Part shown: piece by piece, positions 51,106 through 59,897 of the stretch
How positions within the stretch are numbered: the stretch's first letter is position 1
How the letters are laid out: each line of letters starts with the position of its first letter
The notes under the pieces: generated by a model
The model's database searches: none
The model's input: only the letters and a program-made list of their open reading frames with translations
Told to the model about the DNA's origin: nothing
Program-made: the position numbers and the translations under genes
Assembly (NCBI GenBank): GCA_035512575.1
Contig: DATKDT010000073.1
Span: 1,519 to 65,518, forward strand
Reading direction: 5' to 3'
Source of the DNA: Vicinamibacterales bacterium
Lineage (GTDB): Bacteria > Acidobacteriota > Vicinamibacteria > Vicinamibacterales > SCN-69-37
Length of the DNA stretch: 64,000 nucleotides

Positions 51106-51773
51106 CGAGCCTCCGCCGCCCATTGATAGCCGATGCCTCGAATGGATCGAATCACGTGCCCCTCATCATCGCCGAGTGCCTGCCGCAGCCGCACGATGGC
51201 GTTGTCGATCGCGCGCGGGGTGGGAAACCGGTTCTCTCCCCAGACGCGATCCAGAATTTCCGAGCGCGGGACGGCCCGCGGCGCCGAATCGATCAGCAGC
51301 TTCAGCACCTGGCAGTCGCGCGCCTGGAGGAACACGCGCGGGTGGCCCGGCCGGTCGACGCTCAGGGCGCCCAGATTGATCTCGCAGCCGCCGGCGTGAA
51401 TCGCGCCCTGCGGGCGCTGCCGCCCGAGCACGTGCCTCACGCGCAGCATGAACTCGCGCAGATGGAACGGCTTCGGCAGGTATTCCTCGGCGCCAATCTC
51501 GAAGCCCTCGAGCCGGTTCTCCGCCGAGTTCAGCGCCGTCATGAACATGATCGGCGTCGCGCTGGTGCCGCGCATCTCGCGCGCCAGGCCGAAGCCCGAT
51601 CCGTCGGGCAGCATCACGTCGACGATGGCCAGGTCCCACGGCCCGGCTTCGAGGTGCGCGCGCGCGTCGCGCAGCGTGCGCGCCCATGCGACCGTGAGTC
51701 CGTCCCGCTCGAGCCGCTCCGCCAGCGTGCCGCCGAGCGATGCGTCGTCCTCGATCAGCAGCACTTTCGCCAT
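51102..51773 (-). CDS. OmpR-family response regulator embedded in heme operon
   Basis: In-frame ATG at 51773 (MAKVLLIEDD...DLAIVDVMLPDGSG). Winged-helix C-terminus (IRSIRGIGYQW). Confidence 0.9.
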   Translation of the reverse strand: MAKVLLIEDDASLGGTLAERLERDGLTVAWARTLRDARAHLEAGPWDLAIVDVMLPDGSGFGLAREMRGTSATPIMFMTALNSAENRLEGFEIGAEEYLPKPFHLREFMLRVRHVLGRQRPQGAIHAGGCEINLGALSVDRPGHPRVFLQARDCQVLKLLIDSAPRAVPRSEILDRVWGENRFPTPRAIDNAIVRLRQALGDDEGHVIRSIRGIGYQWAAEAR

Positions 51774-52657
51774 CAGCAGCTCGCATCGGGAAGATCGACC
51801 ACCAGCGCGAAGCCCTGCGCCGGCGCGGGATCGATCCGGAGGGCGCCGTTCATGCGCGACAGCAGCTGCCGCGAGGTGTACAGGCCCACGCCCGTGCCGC
51901 TCGTGTCGGCGAGGCGCTGGAAGGGTACGTTGATCGCCGCGATCACGCCTTCCGGCGCGCCCTTCCCATCGTCGGCTACGCGCACCGCGACGCGGCCCGG
52001 CCGGTGTTCCGCCGTCACGGTGATCGTGCGCGCCGCGCCATGCAGGGCGGCGTTCTGGATCAGATTCCGCAGCACGCTCTGCAGCGCGCGCTCGTCGGCG
52101 CGCGCGCAGATGCTCTCGTCGACCTGGACGATCATCTCCGGCCAGTCGGCGGCGACGCGGCTGGCGAGCGCCGAGACATCGACCGCCTCGAGATGCAGGC
52201 TGCCGTCCGGCTGCGCGAAGTACAGCGAGTTTTCGAGCTGCAGCTCGAGGCGCACGGCGTCCTTCAACAGCCGCCGCAGATTCGCGCTGCCCGACGCCTC
52301 GGGCAGATCCTCCTGCAGGCTCTCGGCCTGGATGCGCAGACTGGCAAGCGCCGTCTTGAGATCGTGCGTGAACGCCGTGAAGAAGCCCTCCACCTGGCGC
52401 CGCCGCTCGCGTTCGCGCCGGATGGCGACGATGAGCGCGATGCCGCCGGCGAGCAGCAGCGCGATCAGCACGATGCCCTCCCACACGAGCATGCGCTGGA
52501 CGTGGGCCAGCCGGGCGGCCTCGCCGCCCGCGCTCTGCAGCTCGCGCGCCTGTGACAGCCCGAACACGAGCCACCAGGCGGCCAGCGACACCGTGAAGAC
52601 GATCCAGGCCACGCTGAGCACATACCGCAGCGCGTCGCGCGACCGGACGCCGGTCAC
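51773..52657 (-). CDS. sensor histidine kinase (two TM helices, short periplasmic loop)
   Basis: H-box FTHDLKTALASL. N/G boxes LIQNAALHG and GTGVGLYTSRQLL. GTGA overlap with hemL, and a 1-nt overlap with the regulator gene. Confidence 0.85.
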   Translation of the reverse strand: MTGVRSRDALRYVLSVAWIVFTVSLAAWWLVFGLSQARELQSAGGEAARLAHVQRMLVWEGIVLIALLLAGGIALIVAIRRERERRRQVEGFFTAFTHDLKTALASLRIQAESLQEDLPEASGSANLRRLLKDAVRLELQLENSLYFAQPDGSLHLEAVDVSALASRVAADWPEMIVQVDESICARADERALQSVLRNLIQNAALHGAARTITVTAEHRPGRVAVRVADDGKGAPEGVIAAINVPFQRLADTSGTGVGLYTSRQLLSRMNGALRIDPAPAQGFALVVDLPDASC

Positions 52658-53913
52658 GGCTGCGCCGCCGCGTCGGCCGCGGCCGCGAGGACGGCGCCGG
52701 CCGTCTCGAGCGTGCGTGCGTCATGCGCCATCGACAGGAAACACACCTCATACCCCGAGGGGGGCAGGTACACGCCGCCGGCGAGGGCGTGATGAAAGAA
52801 CCGCGCGAACCAGTCCGCGTCCACGCCGTCCCGGCACGTCAGCCAGAAAATGGAGCCGCGCCGGACGATGTCGGGCCGGCCCGGCACCGCCGCGATGGCC
52901 GACGCGAGATCACCGCAAAAGCGATCGGCGCGATCCTCGAGCACGCGCCATCCGTCGATTCGCTCCATCTTTTCGAGGGTTGCCAGACCCGCGCGCACCG
53001 CCACCGGATTCGCGCTCAGCGTGCCGGCCTGATAGACGTCGCCGGCCGGGGCGACCCGATCCATCAGTTCGCGCCGCCCGGCATAGGCGGCCAGCGGAAA
53101 ACCGCCTCCGATCACTTTGCCATAACAGGCGAGGTCGGGCATGATACCGGTCGAGCCGGCCATGCCCGTGAGTCCGACGCGGAAGCCGCTGATGACCTCG
53201 TCGAATATCAGCAGCGCGCCGGCGCGGCGGCAGTGGTCAGCCAGACGTTCGAGAAACGCCTGGCGCTGAGGCAGCAGGCCGTAGTTGGCGGGCAGCGGTT
53301 CGATGATCGCCGCGGCCAGCCGGGACCCGTGCGCCGCGAACACCGCATCCAGCGCGGCGTCATCGTCGAGCGGCGCGACGAGGGTGTCGGCCACGACAGC
53401 GGGCGAGATTCCGGCGCTCGACGCGTCGGCCTGCCCGGCAAGGCCGCTGCCCGCCTTCACGAGCATCGCGTCGGCATGACCGTGATAGCAGCCGTCGAAT
53501 TTGAGCACCGCGGCCCGTCCCGTGGCCGCGCGCGCGACGCGCAGCGCCGACATGACCGCTTCGGTTCCCGACGATACGAATCGCACGCGCTCGAGAAACG
53601 GCAGACGCGCGAGCATCCACTCGGCGAGCCTCACCGAGTACGGCTCCGAGGCGCCGTACGACCAGCCGTCATCGAGCGCGGCGCGCGCCGCGGCGGCCAC
53701 GTCCGCGTCGCCATGGCCGAGAATGAGCGGGCCGAAGCTCATACAGAAATCGATGTACTCGCGGCCGTCGACGTCGATGAGCTGCGCGCCTGTCGCGCGC
53801 GCGACGAACACGGGCACGCCGCCCACGCTGCGGAACGCGCGTACGGGGCTGTGCACGCCTCCGGGCGCGGTCGCGAGCGCGCGCCGGTGCCAGACGTCGT
53901 TGCTGCTCGTCAT
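52654..53913 (-). CDS. hemL: glutamate-1-semialdehyde 2,1-aminomutase
   Basis: In-frame ATG at 53913. GGVHSPVRAFRSVGG, FDEVISGFR, and PLAAYAGRRELMD typical of HemL. Confidence 0.9.
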   Translation of the reverse strand: MTSSNDVWHRRALATAPGGVHSPVRAFRSVGGVPVFVARATGAQLIDVDGREYIDFCMSFGPLILGHGDADVAAAARAALDDGWSYGASEPYSVRLAEWMLARLPFLERVRFVSSGTEAVMSALRVARAATGRAAVLKFDGCYHGHADAMLVKAGSGLAGQADASSAGISPAVVADTLVAPLDDDAALDAVFAAHGSRLAAAIIEPLPANYGLLPQRQAFLERLADHCRRAGALLIFDEVISGFRVGLTGMAGSTGIMPDLACYGKVIGGGFPLAAYAGRRELMDRVAPAGDVYQAGTLSANPVAVRAGLATLEKMERIDGWRVLEDRADRFCGDLASAIAAVPGRPDIVRRGSIFWLTCRDGVDADWFARFFHHALAGGVYLPPSGYEVCFLSMAHDARTLETAGAVLAAAADAAAQP

Positions 53914-54893
53914 GCGGGCACGCCGAGCCTGTGCGCCTGCCGCGCGCCGTAGGTGATCAGATAGGCTGCGCCGGCCCGGCGGAACACATGCCAGGTCTCG
54001 AGTAGCGCGGCATCGAAATTGGTGAGCCCGCGCTCGGCGAGCAGCGTGAGACCGGCGTACTCGCCGCTCACCTGATAGGCGCCGACCGGCATGCCCGTGG
54101 CGTCGCGGATGGGCCCGATCAAATCGATGGAGCTCATGCCCGGCTTCACCATGAGCAGGTCCGCGCCCTCCGCGGCGCATCGCCGGCTCGACGCGATCGC
54201 GTCGGTGCGCGAGCGGACGTCGATCTGATAGTGCCGCCGATCGCCGAACTGCGGCGCCGAATCGGCCGCTTCGCGGAACGGGCCGTACATCTGACTGGCG
54301 AACTTCGTGCTGTAGCTCATGATCGGCACGTGACCGTGGCCGGCCTCGTTGAGCGCCGCCCGAATGCGCGCGGTGCGGCCGTCCATCATGTCGCTCGGGC
54401 TGACGCCGTCGGCGCCCGCCTCCGCCATCGAGACGGCCGACGCCGCGAGCGCCTCGAGCGTGGCGTCGAGATCGATGCGCCCGCGCGCGTCGACGAGCGC
54501 GCAGTGGCCGGTCTCGGTCGACGCGCACAGGCAGACGTCGACCCAGACATGGGCCGCGTCACCCACCGCGCGCTTGACGGCTTCCGCCGCGCGCGCGCCA
54601 TGCGGGCTGCGTCCGCGCGCGTGCTTCGCCGCGGGCACGGGAAAGAGCAGGAAATGCCGCACGCCGGCCTGCACATCGCGCGCGGCCGTTTCGGCGGCCG
54701 CCGCCGGGCCGAGCCGCGCGTTGTCGCCAAGGCCCGGAATGGGCTGCGGCGCGTCGAGGTCCTCGACGACGAAGAGCGGCTGAATGAGGTGCGCGGTGGT
54801 GAACGTGGTTTCCGCGCTGAGGTCGCGCAGGTGCGCCGTCTGGCGCATGCGCAGCCGCGACCATGGCGTGCGTGTCGAGGTGGTCGTGCTCAT
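53910..54893 (-). CDS. hemB: porphobilinogen synthase (delta-aminolevulinate dehydratase)
   Basis: Start at ATG 54893 (ATGA overlap with hemC). DLLMVKPGMSSIDLI and AYQVSGEYA motifs. Confidence 0.9.
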   Translation of the reverse strand: MSTTTSTRTPWSRLRMRQTAHLRDLSAETTFTTAHLIQPLFVVEDLDAPQPIPGLGDNARLGPAAAAETAARDVQAGVRHFLLFPVPAAKHARGRSPHGARAAEAVKRAVGDAAHVWVDVCLCASTETGHCALVDARGRIDLDATLEALAASAVSMAEAGADGVSPSDMMDGRTARIRAALNEAGHGHVPIMSYSTKFASQMYGPFREAADSAPQFGDRRHYQIDVRSRTDAIASSRRCAAEGADLLMVKPGMSSIDLIGPIRDATGMPVGAYQVSGEYAGLTLLAERGLTNFDAALLETWHVFRRAGAAYLITYGARQAHRLGVPA

Positions 54894-56377
54894 GCCGTCA
54901 TGTCCTGAAGCCATTCCTGATATCCGAGGCTCGGCCTGACGCGATCCGCGCCGGCCAGTTCGGTCAGCACCGTGAGCGTGTGTCCGGGGCCCGACGCATG
55001 CCAGCGATCGCGCAGATCGGGAAACGCCGCAAGCGCCCTGCGAAACTCCGTCCCGCTGCGCCAGTAGAAGTGCGTGCGGCGCGGCAGATCGGCGGGCAGC
55101 AGACTGTCCGCCTCATACGTCGGCAGCGCATCGGGTGTGCCGGCGTCCGCGTGCGTGAGCCGGTGCCATCGCATGGCGCGTCCCGTCAGGCAATCGACGG
55201 CGGACGGAGCGAACAGGCCGAGCCCCTCCGACGAGCCGTGCACCCAGATCCCCCGCGACGCCAGCTTGCGCCAGGTCGAGGCGCCGGCGGCCCAGACGAT
55301 CCGATCCGGCCCCACCGTCCACGAGGCGGGCAGCGCCTCGTCGCGCGAGACATAGAGGCCGCGATCGTCCCCGGGATCGCGGACGTCCAGCGGCCGGCGC
55401 GTGACGCCGGCGGTCTCGCCAGGCCCGGGCCAGATGGCGCCCGGCGCCGGTTTCGGCTGTTGCGGCGCGCGCGGGATCAGCGACCAGGTCGACAGCACGT
55501 CGCCCGCGTCGGTGCGGCCGCGCACGCTCGTCACGTCGCCGAACGGCGGCGTGAGAACCGTGGCGCCGATCGCCTGATGGCACCCGCCGCCATACCCCGC
55601 GAGAATCTCGCGCTCGCGGACGACGGCGCGCCAGGTGGCGCCGTGCGAAATCCGCTGCAGCCTGCCGTCGAGCGCCACATTCGATGCGGCGATCTCGAGC
55701 GCCAGCGCGCCCTGCGCGGCGGCCGCCGGGTGTTCGCGCAGCGGCAGCACCATCCAGCGGCAGGCGTCGAGCGCGAGGCGGATCGTCCGCGCCGCGCCGG
55801 GAAACGGAGAATCGGGATCGAGCAGCCGATCGAGCGCGGCTTTCGCCACCACGAGCGCATCGCCCTTGCCCTCGACGAGTTGACGGAGGCGAGTCGGCAC
55901 GTTGCCGCGCACGTCGGCGAACGCCACGTGCTCGACGGGCCACGGCAGCAGGACCGGCAGCAGATCGCCGAGCATCATCGCGCGCCGCGGGGAGGACGTG
56001 AGGGCGGTGAGCCGCGGCGTCCGGCCGGCGGCCGCGTCGCGCCGCACGAGCAGCACGTCACGGGCGTCTTCGCGCGGGAGCGTGGCGGCGACGCGCGTGT
56101 CGCGTCGCGGTTCAACCGGCAGATCCTTCCACGAGTGCACGACGATATCGGCGTCGCCGCGCGCGAGCGCGTCCGACAGGTCGGACGTGAAGGCGCCCTT
56201 GTCGCCGAGCTGCCACAGCGGCGTCTGCCGATCGCGGTCGCCGGCCGACTCGCGCACGGCCGTCACGACGGCGGCATCCGGCCACTCGGCGCGCAGGCGC
56301 CGCGCGACGAGGTCACCCTGCAGGCGCGCGAGATCGCTGCCGCGGGTCAGGATGGTCAGGCGCAAAGGTCGTCCCAC
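54890..56377 (-). CDS. hemC: hydroxymethylbilane synthase with C-terminal HemD-like (uroporphyrinogen-III synthase-like) extension
   Basis: GTG 56377 or TTG 56365 as start (RLTILTRGSDLARLQ). VVHSWKDLP, and the cofactor Cys in GYGGGCHQAIG. About 200 additional C-terminal residues. The HemD assignment is by position and size only. Confidence 0.7.
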   Translation of the reverse strand: MGRPLRLTILTRGSDLARLQGDLVARRLRAEWPDAAVVTAVRESAGDRDRQTPLWQLGDKGAFTSDLSDALARGDADIVVHSWKDLPVEPRRDTRVAATLPREDARDVLLVRRDAAAGRTPRLTALTSSPRRAMMLGDLLPVLLPWPVEHVAFADVRGNVPTRLRQLVEGKGDALVVAKAALDRLLDPDSPFPGAARTIRLALDACRWMVLPLREHPAAAAQGALALEIAASNVALDGRLQRISHGATWRAVVREREILAGYGGGCHQAIGATVLTPPFGDVTSVRGRTDAGDVLSTWSLIPRAPQQPKPAPGAIWPGPGETAGVTRRPLDVRDPGDDRGLYVSRDEALPASWTVGPDRIVWAAGASTWRKLASRGIWVHGSSEGLGLFAPSAVDCLTGRAMRWHRLTHADAGTPDALPTYEADSLLPADLPRRTHFYWRSGTEFRRALAAFPDLRDRWHASGPGHTLTVLTELAGADRVRPSLGYQEWLQDMTA

Positions 56378-57192
56378 CCGAAGGGACGCAGCAGCTGTCT
56401 CCGCTCGAACGCGACGGCGAGATCCACGATGTCGCGCCGGGCGCGCGCGAGCCGCGCCTCGGACGCCGCCGCCGATGTCTCGACGGCCGCAAAGATGTCG
56501 TCCAGCGTGACGACTTCGAGGCCGCCGGCGAACGGCCGGCGCTCTTCGGCGCTTCGCAGGTCGATGACGCGGACCAGGCGCGGATAGCACCGCGCGACCC
56601 GCCCGACCGCCTCGTTCGACACCGGCGCCGCAATGACGATGGCCGCCGGCAGGCTGCACGCCGCGCGGGCGCCCGCCCCGGCGATGTCCTGCCGCGTCCA
56701 CTGGTCGACCCTGCGGCCCTCGGCCAGGTAGGGCAGCAGCTCGGTGGCGAGATGGCCCGCGCCGACAAGCGCCACCGCCTCTGCGCCGTCCAGATGCCGT
56801 CTGACCTCGCTGCCGTAGCAGCGCGAGCCGAGACCGCGCAGATGCCGTTCGCGCACGAGACGTGCGTCGGCCATCAGCTGCCGGCCGATGGCGCCGAGCC
56901 ACGAGGCATCCGCCGGTGCGAGGGAGGCGAGAAACGCACGGAACTGGCCCTGCACCTGCGTTTCGCCGAGCATCGGGGACCGCAGGCCGCAAATGGTCTC
57001 GAGCAGGAAGCCATACGCATCGGCGCCCGCGAGCGGCTCGCCTGCGGCATCCGGATCCGCGCCGGGATCGAGGAACGTCACCTCGCGCAGGCATGTGCGC
57101 CAGGACACGCCGTCGCGGCCGTCACCGGACACCGGAGGCTGGCCGGTCGCGACGGGACGATGGACGATGGCGAAGGACACCACGGGAATCAT
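56356..57192 (-). CDS. hemA: glutamyl-tRNA reductase-like protein (short, divergent)
   Basis: Start taken at MIPVVSFAIVHR (57192). RTCLREV (active-site Cys context), GETQVQGQ, and an NAD(P)-type VALVGAGHLA. At about 278 aa it is shorter than typical HemA. Confidence 0.6.
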   Translation of the reverse strand: MIPVVSFAIVHRPVATGQPPVSGDGRDGVSWRTCLREVTFLDPGADPDAAGEPLAGADAYGFLLETICGLRSPMLGETQVQGQFRAFLASLAPADASWLGAIGRQLMADARLVRERHLRGLGSRCYGSEVRRHLDGAEAVALVGAGHLATELLPYLAEGRRVDQWTRQDIAGAGARAACSLPAAIVIAAPVSNEAVGRVARCYPRLVRVIDLRSAEERRPFAGGLEVVTLDDIFAAVETSAAASEARLARARRDIVDLAVAFERRQLLRPFGWDDLCA

Positions 57193-57266
57193 ATTAAGCC
57201 CGGCCGCGGGAAGTGTCACGGAAGTGTCACAGGCGTTTGCGGGGTCTTCAGCCGTTGCTACGGTGA

Positions 57267-57518
57267 GTCCATGCCGCACGGCCTGGTCCAGGCTTTACCG
57301 CCGACTGTCTCGAGACCATCGAGGAGATGGGCATGACCAACCGGGAGCTGTTTCTGGAGTCGGGCGGCAGCGAGTACCATCTGGTGCCATGTCTCAACGA
57401 TCATCCGGCATGGATCGGCGCGATGGCGTCGCTCGTCGAGCGGGAAGCCGCGGGCTGGGCGCGCGGTGAAAGTCCGGATCACGCGTCTGGACCGCTCGCT
57501 GCCGCTGCCCGCGCGTGA
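57267..57518 (+). pseudogene. hemH: ferrochelatase 3' remnant (about the last 75 codons only)
   Basis: The frame opens right after the stop at 57264. It reads PGPGFTADCLETIEEMGMTNRELFLESGGSEYHLVPCLNDHPAWIGAM, matching the conserved ferrochelatase C-terminal block. No upstream ferrochelatase-like frame exists. Confidence 0.65.
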
Positions 57519-57891
57519 AACCTCGGGCGCAGCAGGCTTCGATCTGTCGGCGTCAGCCGATCTCACCATCGCGCCCGGCGGCATTGCGCTGGTGCCAACC
57601 GGCCTTGTCATCAAAGTTCCCGACGGCTATTTCCTCGGCATCTTCGCGCGCAGCAGCACGCCGCTCAAGCGCGGCCTGATGGTAGCGAACGGCGTCGGGG
57701 TGATCGACACGGATTACTGCGGCCCCGACGATCAGGTCAAGGTGCAGGTCCTGAACTTCACCGGCGCCCCGGTGCACGTGAAGCGCGGCGACCGCATCGC
57801 GCAGGGCATCTTCCTGAAGCACGCACCGCCGGAATGGGACGAAGGCGAGCCGGTGGGCCCCACGCGCGGCGGGTTTGGCTCCACTGGTTAA
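57466..57891 (+). CDS. dut: dUTP diphosphatase
   Basis: AAGFDL, GVIDTDYCG and GDRIAQ, ending in GGFGSTG. Confidence 0.9.
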   Translation: MKVRITRLDRSLPLPARETSGAAGFDLSASADLTIAPGGIALVPTGLVIKVPDGYFLGIFARSSTPLKRGLMVANGVGVIDTDYCGPDDQVKVQVLNFTGAPVHVKRGDRIAQGIFLKHAPPEWDEGEPVGPTRGGFGSTG

Positions 57892-57900
57892 GCAGATGTA

Positions 57901-57925
57901 AAAAATGGGGTCTGTCCCCATTTTT
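57901..57925. terminator. bidirectional rho-independent terminator-like hairpin between convergent genes
   Basis: aaaaatgggg-tctgt-ccccattttt has an A-run and a T-run flanking a 6-bp G/C-containing stem. It lies between the dut stop (57891) and the stop of the leftward OM protein (57925). Confidence 0.65.
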
Positions 57926-59841
57926 CAGAAAATCCACTTTTCAACACCCACCACGGTGCCCGCCGTGACGGCCCAGCGGCCGTCGCGGAGGCCGCGCGCG
58001 ATGTCGAGGCGGAACGTGGGGCCGGCGCCGAGCGCGCGGACCCGCAGGCCGGCGCCCGCGTCGATCTGATGGTCCGACGGGCGGCTGTCGAGCAGCTGCC
58101 ATCCGCGCGCCGCGTCGGCAAACACCGCGGCCTCGACGGTGGCAATCGCCAGGCGCGCGACCGGCCGCGTCCATTCCACCGTGCCGTGCAGCAGACGGCG
58201 GCCCAGCAGCTGTCCCTCGTCCACGTTGATGGTGCCGTGCCGCACGAGCGGATGCGCGCGCAGCAGCGGCGCGCGAAGGTTGCCGTCGCCGGCGCCCGGC
58301 CAGAGGAAAACCGGCGTGCGCCCGTGGACGCCTTCAGTGCCGGCCGAAAGCGCCAGCCGCCCGCCCCACACGCCGGCCGCCGCGCGTGCCAGCGCGCTCA
58401 GGCGCGTCGCGCCGGCGCCGCCCGTCCAGCCCTCCGCCGTGACGTGCGCGTCGAAGCGCGATCCCGCGCTGAGCATCGCGCGCCCCGCCACGTAGAGTTT
58501 TTCGTCGCGGCCGCCCTGCAGGTCCGCCGGCCAGCGCTCGAGCCCGGCGCCGATCGTCCAGCCGAGCGCCGGTGAACTCCAGTCCGTGGCCTGAAAGCCT
58601 CCGCGCTGCCAGCGGCTGCCCGACGTCACGCCGCGCACCGAGTACGCCTCGCGCGCGTCGTACCCGCTCACCTTCCAGACCGCGCCCAGCGGCAGCGGCG
58701 CCGGCGCCTCAACGGCCGCCTCGATGCGCTCGAAGCCCTCGCGGAAGCGCCACGATCCCGTCACGCGCTCGCCTCCGCCGACGAGATTGGTGAAGGAAAG
58801 CTGGACGTCGCGCGAGAAAGGCGCCTTGGCTGCCGCGACGAGCAGTTCGCTCGCGCCCGGTCTGCGCGAGCGCTCGGCAATCGCCGCATCGACCTGCACG
58901 CGGCCGTCCGCGAGCGGCGCATAATCCACGCGCGACGAGGCCGCTGACGGCAGCAGCGCGAGCCTCTTCCTCGCGCGGCCGAGAGCCGAGGCCGTGAGTC
59001 GATCACCGGGCCGCATCCCGATCAAACTCTCAGCGGCCCGGAATCGCGTGCGCGACAGACCCGCGATCTGCACCGTGTCGACGTCGGGCTTGCCGGCACG
59101 ATTCCAGGCCTCGAGCGCCTCCACCTCACGATCCATGACGAACAGCGTCGTCGCCAGCGCGTCCCACGCGGCGGCGCTCGCGGGATCGTTCGTTGTGGCT
59201 TCGGTGGCGATTCGAAGCGCCTCGCGCGTATCGCCGGAGCGCAGCAGAGTCGCGACGGCTGACGCGATCGGTTCCACGGGTTCCACGGGTTCCACGCGTT
59301 CCATGGGTTCCGTGGGTTCGGTTCTGGTTCCGGTTCTGGTTCCGGTTCCCGGCAACAGCAGCAGCATCCAGAAGTTCGCGGCCTGCCAGCGGCGGGCGAA
59401 CTCGGCTCGGGGCATGGTCTGGGACGGGGCGACGGCGGGATCGTGGAACGACACGCGCGCCTCGTCGATCGCCGTGACGACCACATAGTGGAAGCGCGTG
59501 GGACGGTCCTCGATCAGCGCGATGATCGGACGGCCGCGCGAGACGTGCTGGCGCATCACCGCGTCGTCGTCGAAGCCGCCGCGCAGGGGAAAGGCCTGCC
59601 ATCCGCGCCGCTGCAGATCCGCCACGAGCGCGGTGGTGACGATGCCGTCCTGGGCGGGATCGATGAGCGGCGCGAAGTCCTCAGGCCTCGCGTTCGCCGC
59701 GCCCCAGTAGCGCATCACCATCGCGGCCGCGGCCCCGCCGCAGAGCGCCTCGGTCTGCGGCAGGTAGGGCACGGCGCGCGGCAGCGCGACGGCCTGGATG
59801 CCCTGAGTGGCGACGATGAGCGCGATCAGAAGTGCGGGCAT
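57925..59841 (-). CDS. outer-membrane protein: N-terminal C39-like cysteine peptidase domain, TPR-like linker, C-terminal surface-antigen/BamA-type beta-barrel
   Basis: Start at MPALLIALIV (59841). LPQTEALCGGAAAAMVMRYWG resembles C39-like peptidase domains. Low-complexity GTGTRTGTRTEPTEPMERVEPVEPVEP follows. The C-terminal barrel ends in EKWIF. Confidence 0.6.
   Translation of the reverse strand: MPALLIALIVATQGIQAVALPRAVPYLPQTEALCGGAAAAMVMRYWGAANARPEDFAPLIDPAQDGIVTTALVADLQRRGWQAFPLRGGFDDDAVMRQHVSRGRPIIALIEDRPTRFHYVVVTAIDEARVSFHDPAVAPSQTMPRAEFARRWQAANFWMLLLLPGTGTRTGTRTEPTEPMERVEPVEPVEPIASAVATLLRSGDTREALRIATEATTNDPASAAAWDALATTLFVMDREVEALEAWNRAGKPDVDTVQIAGLSRTRFRAAESLIGMRPGDRLTASALGRARKRLALLPSAASSRVDYAPLADGRVQVDAAIAERSRRPGASELLVAAAKAPFSRDVQLSFTNLVGGGERVTGSWRFREGFERIEAAVEAPAPLPLGAVWKVSGYDAREAYSVRGVTSGSRWQRGGFQATDWSSPALGWTIGAGLERWPADLQGGRDEKLYVAGRAMLSAGSRFDAHVTAEGWTGGAGATRLSALARAAAGVWGGRLALSAGTEGVHGRTPVFLWPGAGDGNLRAPLLRAHPLVRHGTINVDEGQLLGRRLLHGTVEWTRPVARLAIATVEAAVFADAARGWQLLDSRPSDHQIDAGAGLRVRALGAGPTFRLDIARGLRDGRWAVTAGTVVGVEKWIF
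59270..59350. repeat. in-frame tandem repeat (9-mers ggttccacg-like x5, then 6-mers ggttcy x6) inside the OM protein gene
   Basis: Direct reading of 59270-59350. It encodes GTGTRTGTRTEPTEPMERVEPVEPVEP on the minus strand. Confidence 0.85.
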
Positions 59842-59897
59842 GAAAAAAGGGCGCTCCCCATGGGAGCGCCCTTCAGTATCTCGCGAAGCGCCGCGCG

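Noticed and set aside
59270-59350. Tandem repeats considered as a CRISPR array
   Set aside because: The units are 6-9 bp and contiguous, with no spacers. The tract lies in frame inside a CDS. No cas genes are present in the window.
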